From an uncultured cyanobacterium (lineage in GTDB: Bacteria > Cyanobacteriota > Cyanobacteriia > CAKZMO01): 26,421 nt of DNA. The notes beneath the pieces were generated by a model. That model saw only the letters and a list, made by a program, of their open reading frames with translations. It was not told the DNA's origin and ran no database searches. Of this stretch, positions 16,099 to 24,720 are shown piece after piece. Every line of letters starts with the position of its first letter. The stretch's first letter is position 1. Position numbers and translations under genes: made by a program. The DNA lies in NCBI GenBank assembly GCA_963719515.1, contig CAVRCJ010000009.1:1-26421 (forward strand). Direction: 5' to 3'.

Positions 16099-16851
16099 TT
16101 ACCCCGGCGCCACCGTCAGCGCTGCTCCGGCTAAATACAGCAGGGGAGCCAGCGCCAAAGCCGGTAAGAGAGAAGCAATTCGAACCTGCGTTGCTTCTAG
16201 CAGAGTCAACCCCAACCCCATAATGATCAGCCCGCCTACCCCCGTAGAGGCCAAGATAGCCGGAGAGGTGGCAGGGTCCGGAAGAATTTGGGCAAAGGTG
16301 GCCGCACCTAAGGAGAGGCCGCCCTGGTAAAGCAAAATCGGCAGGGCTGAAAACCCCACCCCGACGCCAAAGGTGCTGGTGAGAGCAACTGAGGCTAAAC
16401 CATCCATCACAGCTTTGATCACCAGCAGAGCGTTGTCGCCGGTGAGACCATTGTTGAGGCTGCCGATCAGGGCTAAAGGGCCAATGCAGAACAGCAGGCT
16501 AGCGGCCACGAAACCATCAGTAAAGCGCCCCTGTCCCTGAAAACGACGCTTGAGCCAGTTTCCCACGGCCTCTAGCCTGCCCTCAAGGCCCCACCATTCT
16601 CCTAAGAGTCCGCCGCCCACTAGGGCGAGCAGTCCTACAATCACGCCGTCCACAGCTCCGGCCTGCAGGTCAAACAGGCCACGGCCCATTTCCGCCCCTA
16701 GCAGCAGAGTGATGAGGCCTAGCCCTTGAGTAATCACCCGCTGCATCGGCTGGGGCAAGCGATCGCGCAGGGACAGTCCAACCGCTGTCCCTGCAATGAC
16801 GGTGAAGACGTTGATCCAGGTACCGCTGGTTTGCGTCCAGAAGTCTATCAC
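16099..16851 (-). CDS. DUF554 family membrane protein
   Basis: GTWINV, GGLLGEWW, GFVAASLLFCIGPL, IKAVMDG, GVGFSA, LYQG; starts 6 bp after the DAHP synthase stop. Confidence 0.88.
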   Translation of the reverse strand: MIDFWTQTSGTWINVFTVIAGTAVGLSLRDRLPQPMQRVITQGLGLITLLLGAEMGRGLFDLQAGAVDGVIVGLLALVGGGLLGEWWGLEGRLEAVGNWLKRRFQGQGRFTDGFVAASLLFCIGPLALIGSLNNGLTGDNALLVIKAVMDGLASVALTSTFGVGVGFSALPILLYQGGLSLGAATFAQILPDPATSPAILASTGVGGLIIMGLGLTLLEATQVRIASLLPALALAPLLYLAGAALTVAPG

Positions 16852-16857
16852 TAATGC

Positions 16858-17937
16858 TTAATGACAGGCTACTGGAACTTTCAGCCGCTCATGGATGCCC
16901 AAAATCAGGTTTTCTGTCTCGTCCCAGCTGATGCACTTATCGGTGATGGAAGTCCCGTACTTGAGGTCGGCGCGATCGCTGGGAATAGGCTGATTGCCCT
17001 CATGGATATTCGACTCTAGCATCATGCCGATGATGGAGCGGTTGCCTGCCAGCAGCTGATCGACCACCTGCTGGGCCACTACAGGCTGACGGCGATGGTC
17101 TTTGTTAGAGTTGCCGTGGCTGCAGTCGATGACCAAGCGCTGAGGTAGATCACGCTCGGCAAGGGCTGACTCCACCCAGCGCACGGTTTCTGCGTCGCAG
17201 TTAGGCTTGCCGCCGCCCCCCCGCAAAATCACATGGCCGTAAGGGTTGCCCTTTGTGCGGATGACGCCCACTTGCCCCTCTGCGTCGATGCCCAGGAAAT
17301 GGTGCGGGTTGCGGGAAGCCTGCAGGGCATCGATCGCCACTTTGACGTTGCCGTCGGTGCCGTTTTTCAGACCGACGGGCACCGATAGGCCGCTGGTCAT
17401 CTCACGGTGGGTTTGGGACTCAATCGTACGGGCGCCAATGGCGTACCAGGAAATCAGATCGCTGATGTACTGGGGGGTAATGGGGTCCAGCGCCTCGCTG
17501 CCCGCTGGAAGCCCTAGCTCTGCGAGCTGTAGGAGCAGCTGCCGCGCTACATGAAGACCGTGCTGCACCTGAAAGGAGCCGTCAAGCAGCGGGTCGTTGA
17601 TCAAGCCTTTCCAGCCGACGGTGGTGCGCGGTTTCTCAAAGTACACCCGCATCACCAGCAGCAGGCGATCGCTCACCTTCTCTGAGAGGGCCTTGAGGCG
17701 GCGGGCGTAGTCGAAGGCTACGTCTAGATCGTGAATGGAGCAGGGACCCACAACAACAAACTGGCGCGAGTCGTGGCCATCGATGATGTTGGCGATCGCC
17801 TCTCGCCCTTTGATGACCGTCTCCATAGCCTTTGGGCTGAGGGGCATCTGGGCCATCAGTTCCTTGGGGGAGAGCAGCCGCTCGTAGGATTCGATATGGG
17901 TGTCAACAATATTTTGCGTTGCTTGGGGCTGATCCAT
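16858..17937 (-). CDS. DAHP synthase, class I-alpha (AroF/G/H type)
   Basis: VGPCSIHD, MRVYFEKPRTTVGWKGLINDP, IGARTIESQTHRE, KNGTDG, IDCSHGNS, SITDKC. Start taken at ATG 17937. Confidence 0.93.
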   Translation of the reverse strand: MDQPQATQNIVDTHIESYERLLSPKELMAQMPLSPKAMETVIKGREAIANIIDGHDSRQFVVVGPCSIHDLDVAFDYARRLKALSEKVSDRLLLVMRVYFEKPRTTVGWKGLINDPLLDGSFQVQHGLHVARQLLLQLAELGLPAGSEALDPITPQYISDLISWYAIGARTIESQTHREMTSGLSVPVGLKNGTDGNVKVAIDALQASRNPHHFLGIDAEGQVGVIRTKGNPYGHVILRGGGGKPNCDAETVRWVESALAERDLPQRLVIDCSHGNSNKDHRRQPVVAQQVVDQLLAGNRSIIGMMLESNIHEGNQPIPSDRADLKYGTSITDKCISWDETENLILGIHERLKVPVACH

Positions 17938-18231
17938 CACAGGCGTCCTTAATTTTTCGCTGCAGAGCACACGATTTCCATCATACGTGCCAAATGACGG
18001 TTCAATGGGTGGACCGAAAGATGTGTCATATTGTGTTATGCAACCGCCGCTTGAGGCAGCTGGGCAGGCTGCGCTAGCGTGTCAAAGCGGAAAGTGTCAA
18101 GGCGATCGCCCTGCTCACCCGGCCCGAAAGGCTAAAGTACAGTCATGTTCAAGCTTCGGTCTCAGGTCGGTTTACACCGCGCTTCAGACAATCCTGAGGC
18201 CCGGTTACAGCGCTTACAGGAGCGTGCATTT

Positions 18232-19050
18232 ATGACAACTAAACGGCCATTCATTCCCCTACTGTCCTTGGTGCTTTTACTTGCAGCCGGGGGCGGTACC
18301 CTGCTGGCGCTGACGTCAGACAACCACTCTAATACAATTGACGCCGCCTCTACTGAGCCAGGTTCTGCCTCGCTTGAAGAGCCCACCGGGGCGAATTCCA
18401 CCGAGCAGCCAGTCGCGTCTTCCCCGACCGAACCACAGCCCGAGACCCAAAGGTCGGCGCAGCAGGCTCAAACCCCGCAGCGCTCACCGTCTCAGACACA
18501 GTCACCCCAAGCGCCGCCCCAAGCGGGATACGATACCACCGTCATTCCAGGGGAGCGGGTCGGCCCCATCACCCGCAGCACCACGCGCCAGGATTTAGCC
18601 GCTCTGTTCGGGGAGCAGCAGCTCATCGATATCACCGTGCCGGTCGGTGAAGGCTTCACCGAACCGGGGGTCGAGATTGCCTTGGACGATGGACTGACGC
18701 TCAGCCTCATCTGGACTGACGCGACTCAATCTGGCGTCCGGGAAGTCCGTGACCTAGGGCCAGCGTGGCGGACTTCCGAGGGCGTTTACGTCGGCATGCC
18801 TCTGAGTGAGTTCGAGCAGGTGGCGGGCGAGTTTGAGTTCTACGGCTTCGGCTGGGACTACGGCGGTACGGTGCTGTTGGACAGTAGTCGGCTCGCTCAG
18901 TACGACGGCGATCTAATCCTGCGCATGGCGATCGACTCCTCTCAGCCCTATCAGGCGCTATCGGGAGACTCGCAGTATTCTTCTGCCAACGGCGGCCTAG
19001 AGGCGCTCAATCCCTATATCGACGAGATGATTGTGACGCTGACGCCTTAG
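18232..19050 (+). CDS. Exported hypothetical protein with P/Q/S/T-rich linker
   Basis: AGGAG RBS, hydrophobic N-terminus, low-complexity linker, then VIPGERVGPIT...FYGFGWDYGG domain. Confidence 0.8.
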   Translation: MTTKRPFIPLLSLVLLLAAGGGTLLALTSDNHSNTIDAASTEPGSASLEEPTGANSTEQPVASSPTEPQPETQRSAQQAQTPQRSPSQTQSPQAPPQAGYDTTVIPGERVGPITRSTTRQDLAALFGEQQLIDITVPVGEGFTEPGVEIALDDGLTLSLIWTDATQSGVREVRDLGPAWRTSEGVYVGMPLSEFEQVAGEFEFYGFGWDYGGTVLLDSSRLAQYDGDLILRMAIDSSQPYQALSGDSQYSSANGGLEALNPYIDEMIVTLTP

Positions 19051-19060
19051 GGCAAAGCCC

Positions 19061-19756
19061 CTACTTCGTCAGTCCGTTTTCTAGGGCATAGCGCACCAGC
19101 TCGGTGCGGCTGTTGGTTCCCGTCTTGCTAAATAGGCGGCTGACGTATTTCTCCACGTTGCGCACGCTCGTCTCCAACCGGCGAGCGATTTCTTTGTTCA
19201 TCAGCCCTTCTGCCACCAAATCTAGAACGCTCTTCTCGCGGGGGGTGAAGTCGATATCAACAGAGCTGGTGGTCTGAATCGCGCTACCTCGCTGCCCCAG
19301 CATGGCGCGGATTTCCGCGATCTGACGGGCCATCTCGGCAATGTCGGGGTTCTCACCGCTAGAGACTTCTGTGCGCACGGCTGCCCGCCGATCTAAGAGG
19401 CCTTCTACGACGGCCACCAGCTCGTCGGGGTCGAAAGGCTTGGAGATATAGGCATCACAGCCCGCTTGGTAGCCCTGAATGCGATCGCTAGTCATTCCTC
19501 GGGCGGTGAGGAACACTACGGGAAGCGTTTTGAGGCGATCGTCCGCCCGCATCTGCTTCAAAAACTCGTAGCCATTGACTTTAGGCATCATGATGTCGGT
19601 GATCACCAGGTCGGGCAAAAACTGCTGCAGCTTCTCCCAACCATCCGTGGCGTTGCTGGCCACCTGCACCGCAAATCCACTGTCTTCTAAGTAGGCCTGC
19701 ACCGCTTCGCGCAGTCCGGGCTCGTCGTCCACCAGCAGCAGCTGTCCTCCCGCCAT
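19061..19756 (-). CDS. rre1: NarL-family response regulator Rre1/Ycf29
   Basis: LLVDDEPGLREAV, DIMMP, FLTARG, KPFDP; LuxR HTH GLMNKEIA..RNVEKYVSRLFSKTGTNSRTELVR. Confidence 0.88.
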   Translation of the reverse strand: MAGGQLLLVDDEPGLREAVQAYLEDSGFAVQVASNATDGWEKLQQFLPDLVITDIMMPKVNGYEFLKQMRADDRLKTLPVVFLTARGMTSDRIQGYQAGCDAYISKPFDPDELVAVVEGLLDRRAAVRTEVSSGENPDIAEMARQIAEIRAMLGQRGSAIQTTSSVDIDFTPREKSVLDLVAEGLMNKEIARRLETSVRNVEKYVSRLFSKTGTNSRTELVRYALENGLTK

Positions 19757-19848
19757 ATCTCCTCCTCTAACACAGCATTCGCGGGCGATTTGGTATCGCC
19801 ATATATACCAGTGTAATGCTAAGACAGTGGTTGTTTTGAGTTAACGCT

Positions 19849-20496
19849 ATGCGGCATTTCCAGCGGCTTTGGCACGCGCTTCAGTATTCTTTGGCTATGG
19901 TCGCTTGCGCGATTGCCGCCGCCGTTGTCGTCTGGGCCGATGTCTATCCCTTTCTTGCCCCCAATCGGCCCATTCCTGACGCCGATGCTCTGGTGATAGA
20001 AGGCTGGATGCCAGACTACGCGATCGCCGCCGCCGCTGCTGAATTTCGCCGGGGCAGCTACCAGCTGATTATTACGACGGGGCCTCCCATCCGGCACGGC
20101 AGCTATCTGGTTGCCTACCAGACCTTTGCCGACCTTTCGGCGGCAACGCTGGTGGCTCTGGGCGTTGATCCCAACAGGGTTATTGCTTTGCCCCATAGCG
20201 CAATTGCGGTGCGGCGCACGGCGTCTCTAGCGATCGCTCTCCGTCAAGGGCTCCAGGACGCTGACGTTGCCCTCCAGACGGTCAACCTCTATTCTCTAGG
20301 GCCACACGCCCGCCGAACTTGGGAACTGTGCCGCGCTGCCCTCACGCCTGAGGTCCAGGTTGGCGTTCTTGCTGCTGTGCCCCAGGAGTACGAGCCGGCT
20401 TGCTGGTGGCGCACCAGCAGCGGCGTCCGCGTGGTTTTGGGGGAGATGATTGCCTACACCCATTTCTACCTATCCAGACAGCTGGACATTGTTTGA
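19849..20496 (+). CDS. YdcF/DUF218-like protein
   Basis: TM helix, PFLA, ALVIEGW, IITTG, RT, HARR motifs. Confidence 0.75.
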   Translation: MRHFQRLWHALQYSLAMVACAIAAAVVVWADVYPFLAPNRPIPDADALVIEGWMPDYAIAAAAAEFRRGSYQLIITTGPPIRHGSYLVAYQTFADLSAATLVALGVDPNRVIALPHSAIAVRRTASLAIALRQGLQDADVALQTVNLYSLGPHARRTWELCRAALTPEVQVGVLAAVPQEYEPACWWRTSSGVRVVLGEMIAYTHFYLSRQLDIV

Positions 20497-20524
20497 GCCA
20501 CGGTTAAGCCAAAAAAAAATTAGC

Positions 20525-21250
20525 TTAGACTAAATTTTGAAGTGTTTCTTGAGTTTCGTGGTGCAGCTGCCGGGAAATGCGGAATAGCTCTCGTCCCGTA
20601 TGGATGTAGTGTTCGTTGTAGCAAGAGGTAAAGCGCTCGAACTCGTCTAGGCCGTCTCCCACCTGATTGAGGCAGTAATAAAGGCCAGAGGCAGTGGCCG
20701 CGACGCTTTTGGGATTGGGCGTTGAGCGAAACATGTGCTGCGCCCAGTCGAGGTGGGTGCGGCAGGTATCGAGGTAGTCTTGAAACTCCTCCATGAGCTC
20801 GTCGTCGAACGGATCGGCGGCAAGCTGGTCTAAGGCCCCGTCGAGGGAACCCAGAATGTCGGTAAGGTGCTTATCGATGGGACGATAGACCGCAGTCAGC
20901 CAGTTTTGAAGCTGGGCATCGCTATTTTGCCCGTAGGATCTGCGGCGACTGGCCTTGACCTCGCTGTAAGCCGTTTCGCTGCGGGCCGCTCTCCTATGGG
21001 CCGCCTGCTGGCGCTGTTCGGCAGGATTGTCTTCTGTGGAGTAGCGCAGCTGAACGTCGTACCGGCGTCGCTTGATGGGATCCCCAAGCACCTCATAGGC
21101 CGCGTTGATGCAGCTTATACGATCGTGGCTATCGATGGTGCGGTTGCTGTCGGGGTGAAACTGCTTGGCTAAGCGACGATAGGCCCGCTTGATGTCTAGC
21201 TGGCTGGCCTCTGAATGCAGCTCAAGGACTTGGTAGTAGTTTACAGACAT
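20525..21250 (-). CDS. J-domain (DnaJ-type) protein
   Basis: NYYQVL..IKRAYRRLAKQFHPD..INAAYEVLGDP..YD; C-terminal domain with LAADPFDDELM. Confidence 0.88.
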   Translation of the reverse strand: MSVNYYQVLELHSEASQLDIKRAYRRLAKQFHPDSNRTIDSHDRISCINAAYEVLGDPIKRRRYDVQLRYSTEDNPAEQRQQAAHRRAARSETAYSEVKASRRRSYGQNSDAQLQNWLTAVYRPIDKHLTDILGSLDGALDQLAADPFDDELMEEFQDYLDTCRTHLDWAQHMFRSTPNPKSVAATASGLYYCLNQVGDGLDEFERFTSCYNEHYIHTGRELFRISRQLHHETQETLQNLV

Positions 21251-21333
21251 GCCTGCTATTGTACCGCCATCCTCATTAACGGGCCAAGAGCCCTGCCGCC
21301 CTTTGCCAGGCCGAACAGAGGCGGTGGGGGGGA

Positions 21334-22290
21334 CTAGTTCGTAGCCGACACCAGCTCAGGATCTTGGAACAGCGGCGTGCTCAAATAGCGCTCGCCAAAG
21401 CTGGGCTGAATCATAACAATTAGCTTGCCGTCGTTCTCGGGGCGGCAGGCCACCTGCACTGCAGCGGCCAAAGCCGCGCCGCTAGAAATTCCCGACAGCA
21501 GACCTTCTTCCCGGGCTAGCCGCCGGCCATAGGCGATCGCTTGATCGTCCGTGACGGCAATGACCTCGTCTATGAGTTCCCTACGCAGCACGTGAGGGAT
21601 GAACCCTGCACCAATTCCCTGAATTTTGTGAGGTCCGGGGTCTCCCCCTGACAAAACCGAGCTATTCGACGGTTCGACGGCGATGACCTGAAAGGATTCC
21701 TTGTGCTGCTTCAAAACCTCTGCGACACCGGTGATGGTGCCTCCCGTCCCTACCCCAGCAATGAGGATGTCAACTTCTCCGTCGGTGTCTGCCCAAATCT
21801 CCAGCGCCGTCGTTTCACGGTGGATCTTGGGATTAGCGGCATTGCGGAACTGCTGCAGCATATAGGCATTGGGCAGCTCGTCTACAATCTCCTGCGCCCG
21901 CTGAATGCAACCCCCCATTCCCCACATGCCGGGAGTTAGCTCTAGCTGCGCTCCGTAAGCCCGCAGCATAGCCCGGCGCTCAGCGCTCATGGTTTCGGGC
22001 ATCGTCAAAATCAAGCGATAGCCTTTTGCCGCCGCCGCCATTGCTAGGGCAATGCCTGTATTCCCTGAGGTAGGCTCTACTAAAACCGTTTTCCCCGGCG
22101 CGATTTGGCCTTCCCGCTCAGCCGCTTCAATCATGCTGATGCCAATGCGATCTTTAACTGAAGCGGAGGGGTTCATGCTCTCCAGCTTCACCACAATAGA
22201 GGCTAGGCATCCCTCTGCAGCCGGAATGCGATTGAGCTGAACTAGGGGCGTATGCCCGATCAGGTCGGTCACTCGTTGAGCAATGCGCAT
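21334..22290 (-). CDS. cysK: Cysteine synthase A
   Basis: SVKDRIG (PLP Lys), [29 protein letters not shown]. Confidence 0.96.
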   Translation of the reverse strand: MRIAQRVTDLIGHTPLVQLNRIPAAEGCLASIVVKLESMNPSASVKDRIGISMIEAAEREGQIAPGKTVLVEPTSGNTGIALAMAAAAKGYRLILTMPETMSAERRAMLRAYGAQLELTPGMWGMGGCIQRAQEIVDELPNAYMLQQFRNAANPKIHRETTALEIWADTDGEVDILIAGVGTGGTITGVAEVLKQHKESFQVIAVEPSNSSVLSGGDPGPHKIQGIGAGFIPHVLRRELIDEVIAVTDDQAIAYGRRLAREEGLLSGISSGAALAAAVQVACRPENDGKLIVMIQPSFGERYLSTPLFQDPELVSATN

Positions 22291-22298
22291 AGATCAGT

Positions 22299-22730
22299 TT
22301 AGATATAGTACATGAAGTTTAGCTGGCGCTTAGCGTCGCGCTGCTCTGCCAAATCCTGGAGACTGTAGCTTTGTAGGACGGCTTCAGCAGCTTGCCTAGC
22401 CTCCTGCCAGGCGTCGTGGATCACAACTTCAGCGGGGAATTTCTTGGCGCAGGGCGAAGCCTTAGCGTCTAGGCCTTCTACACAATTGAGAATTTCTAAG
22501 AGGGTAATCTTCCAGGGTTCTCGGGCCAGCAAATAGCCTCCTCTAGCGCCCCGTTGGCTTCGCACGAGCCCAGAGCGCCGCAGAATTGCCAAAAGCTGCT
22601 CTAGGTAACGGTCTGGAATAGATTGCTCTGCCGCAATCTGCCGAATCTGCAAAGGTTCTCCCGTGGGATAATGGCTGACCAGTTCTAGAAGCGCTAGCAG
22701 CGCATATTCGCTCTTGGTTGAAAGTTCCAC
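22299..22730 (-). CDS. cymR: Rrf2-family regulator, CymR-like
   Basis: YLEQLL..LVRSQRGARGGY; no IscR three-Cys cluster motif; C-terminal MYYI like CymR; 8 bp upstream of cysK. Confidence 0.8.
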   Translation of the reverse strand: MELSTKSEYALLALLELVSHYPTGEPLQIRQIAAEQSIPDRYLEQLLAILRRSGLVRSQRGARGGYLLAREPWKITLLEILNCVEGLDAKASPCAKKFPAEVVIHDAWQEARQAAEAVLQSYSLQDLAEQRDAKRQLNFMYYI

Positions 22731-22756
22731 AGGTGCTGTTTGTGTGTCTATGACTC

Positions 22757-22784
22757 AGTATACTCCGGTTTTCCACTGGGGTTT
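22757..22784 (-). promoter_or_regulatory. Candidate Rrf2 operator overlapping the -10 of cymR-cysK
   Basis: ATACTCCGGT-N5-ACTGGGGTTT (22760-22784), 7/10 dyad; minus-strand TATACT at 22757-22762. Confidence 0.5.
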
Positions 22785-22818
22785 AGGACGATGGCGGAGA
22801 ATTCTAAGCACCGCATAG

Positions 22819-22852
22819 AAAAGCGGGCATGGATTATACAATCCATGCCCGC
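22819..22852 (-). terminator. Intrinsic terminator of porin gene
   Basis: GCGGGCATGGATT / AATCCATGCCCGC 13-bp perfect stem; A4 at 22819-22822. Confidence 0.8.
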
Positions 22853-22893
22853 CTTAAATTGTGTGAGCGTTAACAAACTAACTGATTCCAGTT

Positions 22894-24492
22894 CTAGAAC
22901 TGGAAGGTCGTCCGGATGTTGCCGACAAAGCTGTCATCGTTGTCGTTGTTGTTGTAGGGATCGTTGATCCACAGGAAGCCAGGAGTAATCGCGATGTTGT
23001 CGTTCAGCTGATACCGGTAGAAGACCTCAGTTAGGAAACCAGTGTCTCCCGTAGAGGCATTCAGATCGCGTGAATACTCAGGAACACCCGCAACGACGCC
23101 GAGCTGGTTGCCTTCACCGAGGACATCGTTGATTGCCAGCGTACCTTGATAGGTCCAGATCTCGTAATCTTCGGCTGCGCCGATGCCGTTCACCTGGACG
23201 AATGCACCACCGCCACCAAGCTCAAGCGCGCCGTCAAACAGGCGGAAGTTGAACTGAGTACCGTAGGTATTAGCGACTTCGTCGTTACCAGTTGAGCTAG
23301 CTTCAATCGGAGTCAGGTTCATCGGACCACCAAAGTCTTGCCCAGCGGGGAAGGTGTAGCCGAAGCCGTCGTTTGCGTAGGAGTTAGCGTAGGTGATAGC
23401 TGCGTCAAAGAAGCTGCTGAGGAAAGTGATCTGACCAATTGCACCGTAGGTGCCGTTGAATAGACCGAAGCCGTCATCCGGGTTGGACGCGTCGGCAGCG
23501 GAGTAGCCGAAGTCAAGACTGAAGTTGTCATTCAGCTGAACGACTGCGCCAAGACCTGCGTTTCCTGGCACCGCGATCGCATACTGGCGAGGGAAACCGA
23601 AGTCGGTGATAGTGCCGGAGCTAGCGCTGTCTAGCGGGCTGATGGTGCTAGCTACAAAGTCGTCGCTTGCAATGCTGTTAGCGCCAACGACAACTTCAGC
23701 AGGGCCAAGCGGGAAGGTGTAGACCAGGTCGTCTAGGCTAAAGCCACCGTCACCCTCGTTGCCGAAAGAACGACCAATCGGATCGCTGTCAAACTGGCCA
23801 AGGTCGCGAGCTTGGAAACGAGTCCGCAGCCGATCTTCGCCGGTGAAGCTGGTGTCAAAGTTCAGGCGAACCCGATAACCAAAGGTTGCCTCGTTCTCAT
23901 CCGGAGTTTGGCCGTCGTCAAAGCCGTCTACATTGGCGTCGTCATCGATCGCAAACTGCTGAGCGAAGATTACCTCACCGTTCAACTTAGTAGTTGTGGA
24001 GAATTGGTTAGCTTCTAGCTCGGCGGTGCGGGCTTCGAGAGAGTCAACGCGACCGCGCAGGGTAGCCAAGTCAGCGGCGAACTGCTGCTGCAGACGGTTC
24101 AGCGTGGCAATATCTTGCTGGTTGAGCTGGATTTGGTCCAGGTTCGCCGTGATGTTGTTGAGGCAGGCGTTAAGACCAGCGGCAAACTCGTAGCGGCTGA
24201 GGGCGGTGAAGCCACGGTAGGTCCCGTCGGGATAGCCGGCAATACAGCCGTAGCGAGCGATCAAATTCTGCAGCGCCTGAAAAGCCCAGTCGGTAGGCTG
24301 AACGTCAGAGAGCTGGGAAACGGAGGTTACCTGAGAGAGGGAATCATCCTCTCCCTCAGCAGCGTACTCATTGAGCTGAGCTAGCTCGCTTTGAGCAGCT
24401 TCTTGAGCGATCACAGAGGTCGACAGAGCGATAGTTGCGCCCAGTACAGCTGGCGCAACAAGCAGAGACTTCAAAATTGCTTTATATAGCAT
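22894..24492 (-). CDS. Cyanobacterial SLH-domain outer-membrane porin (SomA/B, OprB-like)
   Basis: Signal peptide, SQVTSVSQLSDVQPTDWAFQAL..YGCIAGYPD, FSTTTKLNGE, RLNFDTSFTGEDRL, terminal RTTFQF; GTGAGGA before ATG 24492. Confidence 0.93.
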   Translation of the reverse strand: MLYKAILKSLLVAPAVLGATIALSTSVIAQEAAQSELAQLNEYAAEGEDDSLSQVTSVSQLSDVQPTDWAFQALQNLIARYGCIAGYPDGTYRGFTALSRYEFAAGLNACLNNITANLDQIQLNQQDIATLNRLQQQFAADLATLRGRVDSLEARTAELEANQFSTTTKLNGEVIFAQQFAIDDDANVDGFDDGQTPDENEATFGYRVRLNFDTSFTGEDRLRTRFQARDLGQFDSDPIGRSFGNEGDGGFSLDDLVYTFPLGPAEVVVGANSIASDDFVASTISPLDSASSGTITDFGFPRQYAIAVPGNAGLGAVVQLNDNFSLDFGYSAADASNPDDGFGLFNGTYGAIGQITFLSSFFDAAITYANSYANDGFGYTFPAGQDFGGPMNLTPIEASSTGNDEVANTYGTQFNFRLFDGALELGGGGAFVQVNGIGAAEDYEIWTYQGTLAINDVLGEGNQLGVVAGVPEYSRDLNASTGDTGFLTEVFYRYQLNDNIAITPGFLWINDPYNNNDNDDSFVGNIRTTFQF

Positions 24493-24649
24493 CACAATTG
24501 TCCTCACACCTATAAGACAAAATCAAACTAATCCGAGGGCGCGAAAATCGCAAGATCTTCGAACACCTCCAATAAGATTAGCAGAGATTTTTGAGATGGG
24601 TAACAGGAAAGGGCCAACAATTTGTGAGGAAATCGTGAAAACTGAAATA

Positions 24650-24673
24650 GATAGCTCTTAAGACAGAGCTATC
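24650..24673 (-). terminator. Hairpin between tandem porins
   Basis: GATAGCTCT / AGAGCTATC, followed on the minus strand by TATTTCAGTTTT. Confidence 0.55.
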
Positions 24674-24720
24674 CGTCCCACCGCGCCTCGGATTGCAGCC
24701 AGCGTCAGTCGACTCTGAGA

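Noticed and set aside
21291..21332. Terminator after cysK
   Set aside because: Only an imperfect GC stem with no U-tract; too weak to list.
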